Shown in pieces: positions 62,447-64,000 of a DNA stretch of 64,000 bases. Every line of letters begins with the position of its first letter. The stretch's first letter is position 1. The position numbers and the translations under genes are program-made. The stretch comes from Azolla caroliniana (Eukaryota > Plantae > Polypodiophyta): positions 9,238,001 to 9,302,000 of the forward strand of contig JBHGNT010000006.1 of the NCBI GenBank assembly GCA_043228905.1, read 5' to 3'. The notes under the pieces are model-generated. The model was not told where the DNA came from. It saw only the letters and a list, made by a program, of their open reading frames with translations, and made no database searches.

Positions 62447-63042
62447 AGGGAAGGAGAGAAAGATATAGGGAGAGGATTCGATTGATCTCCTTAATGTGAT
62501 GCAGAGGGAGATAGATATGGTGATGAAGATAGTGGAAAGGATGATCTTTCTGTTTGCACAGAAGAAGGAGAAAGGAAGGAACACGACGAGATCAAGAAGA
62601 AGCGGAAGAAGAACGAACAAATGAATGAGGGGGGAGGAGGAGGAGGAGGAGGAGGAGACGATGAATCAAGGAATGAAGGAATAAGGGGAAGATGAAACGA
62701 ATGAAGGAGAAGAAACAAGACGGCGATGGCGATGGCGATGGCGTGCGCAGAGACGCGATCGATCGGATTCAAGACGAAGGAGGAGGAGGAAAACAGAAGA
62801 AGAAGAAGAAGAAGAAGAAGGAGAAGAAGGAGACGAAATGAATATTGAAAAGGCAAGAAAAAACAGAAGGAGCGAGCGCACGCCCCTTTCAATTCCCGGC
62901 TGCTGACGTGGCGGCCTCCGTCAGCCGGACGTCTCTTTCTTCTTCGTTATCGCCGTCATCTTAAGCTGCCGGCGACGGCGAAGGTCATCATCTCTCTCTC
63001 TCTCTCTCAAAAGACGTTAATCTCTCTCTATTTTTTATTATC

Positions 63043-63090
<48 letters not shown>

Positions 63091-63830
63091 TGTGCTGGTG
63101 AAGCTCCTTCCTCTTATTTTGGAGCCACTTGTTTTACTTAATAGCTACAACTTACATCTAAATCCAAGCCATTTGTCACTATGTATGGATCTTCGGTGCC
63201 ACTCTCGCTAGCCTCTTACCTAGCATTATCTTTTATTTTACCCCGACTGACCGACCCACCAACCCGAGCTAGCCCTAGCTCTCTCACTCGCTACATTACA
63301 TAATACGTATATAACATATCTCTTCCCCTTTGTGCAATGTGAACACGATGGGACGAGATGGTTTTTTTTTTTTGGGGGGGGGGGAGAGGGGTATCTCTAT
63401 ACCTTGGTTGCCAAACCAAGCTAGCAAAAGAGGATCCTTCTTCCTGAAAAGATGGACAATGCAACATCGTCAAATCAAATGTCGGCAAATCATTTTGGTG
63501 GTGCTTTTGACATAAATATATGTGTACATACATACATACATAACATTAACTCATGGAAGAGATTTACAACGGCTCGACCAAGCAAAACGTGTGTAAATTA
63601 TACGCAAGTAAGTGAGTGGCTTGAGTGTGTTGTATGGAGAAATGCGGGAAACAGACCCCCAACGATATGTATGTATGTACACAGTTCTTCCAAAGGAAAG
63701 GAACTAAGACGAACGAACCGGCTGGTCTTTATTTAATAAAGCCAACCAAGTAAAGCTTAACTAACGGAGGGGCCAGCCGGTTGGGTTTCAGTTCCGTCCG
63801 TTAGTTAGGCTTTAGTTCGGTCCACGGAGG

Positions 63831-63881
<51 letters not shown>

Positions 63882-64000
63882 GGAAAAACCTCTCTGTTTC
63901 CCGAGACGAGAGGTAAGGAGTTCGAATCTCGCTGCAACCATCGTCATGTGAACAATAACTGAAATGATTTCCCAGCGATGAAGGGTGAGAGAATACACAG

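Noticed and set aside
62447-62620. Hydrophobic N-terminal extension (signal or TM-like) on the IDM1-like ORF
   Set aside because: Begins at TTG in pyrimidine-rich 5' UTR-like sequence; the first ATG is at 62446.

Overview
Eukaryotic nuclear DNA from a land plant, most likely a fern (inferred from the very long intronless PLS-class PPR gene, abundant (CT)n tracts and TE-filled introns). The first ~32 kb is a nest of transposons: degenerate Ty1/copia LTR elements A (1-10751), B (4104-9488, nested in A, opposite strand), C (an RT/RNase H remnant) and D (26410-31285). The main discovery is a 12.2-kb DNA transposon at 11231-23420, inserted in remnant C, with 26-bp TIRs (GGG...CCC) and a 4-bp TGTC target duplication. 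It carries an intact spliced Sola2-type DDD transposase (~813 aa, minus strand) and, convergent to it, an intact six-exon ~922-aa gene (coiled coil, RING-H2, acidic repeats). Its large introns and ends are packed with an AGTAC(T) motif, an arrangement reminiscent of transposon-encoded anti-silencing systems. The second half holds host genes: a 1360-aa PLS PPR gene, RPN7 (8 exons), thylakoid FKBP16-4 (10 exons, copia element in intron 2) and an intronless IDM1-like PHD/GNAT gene. It also has a LINE fragment sitting inside a (TC)n tract and a small plastid trnI-GAU fragment. Exon boundaries were read by eye (GT-AG plus frame continuity); family calls come from recognised motifs, and no database search was run.
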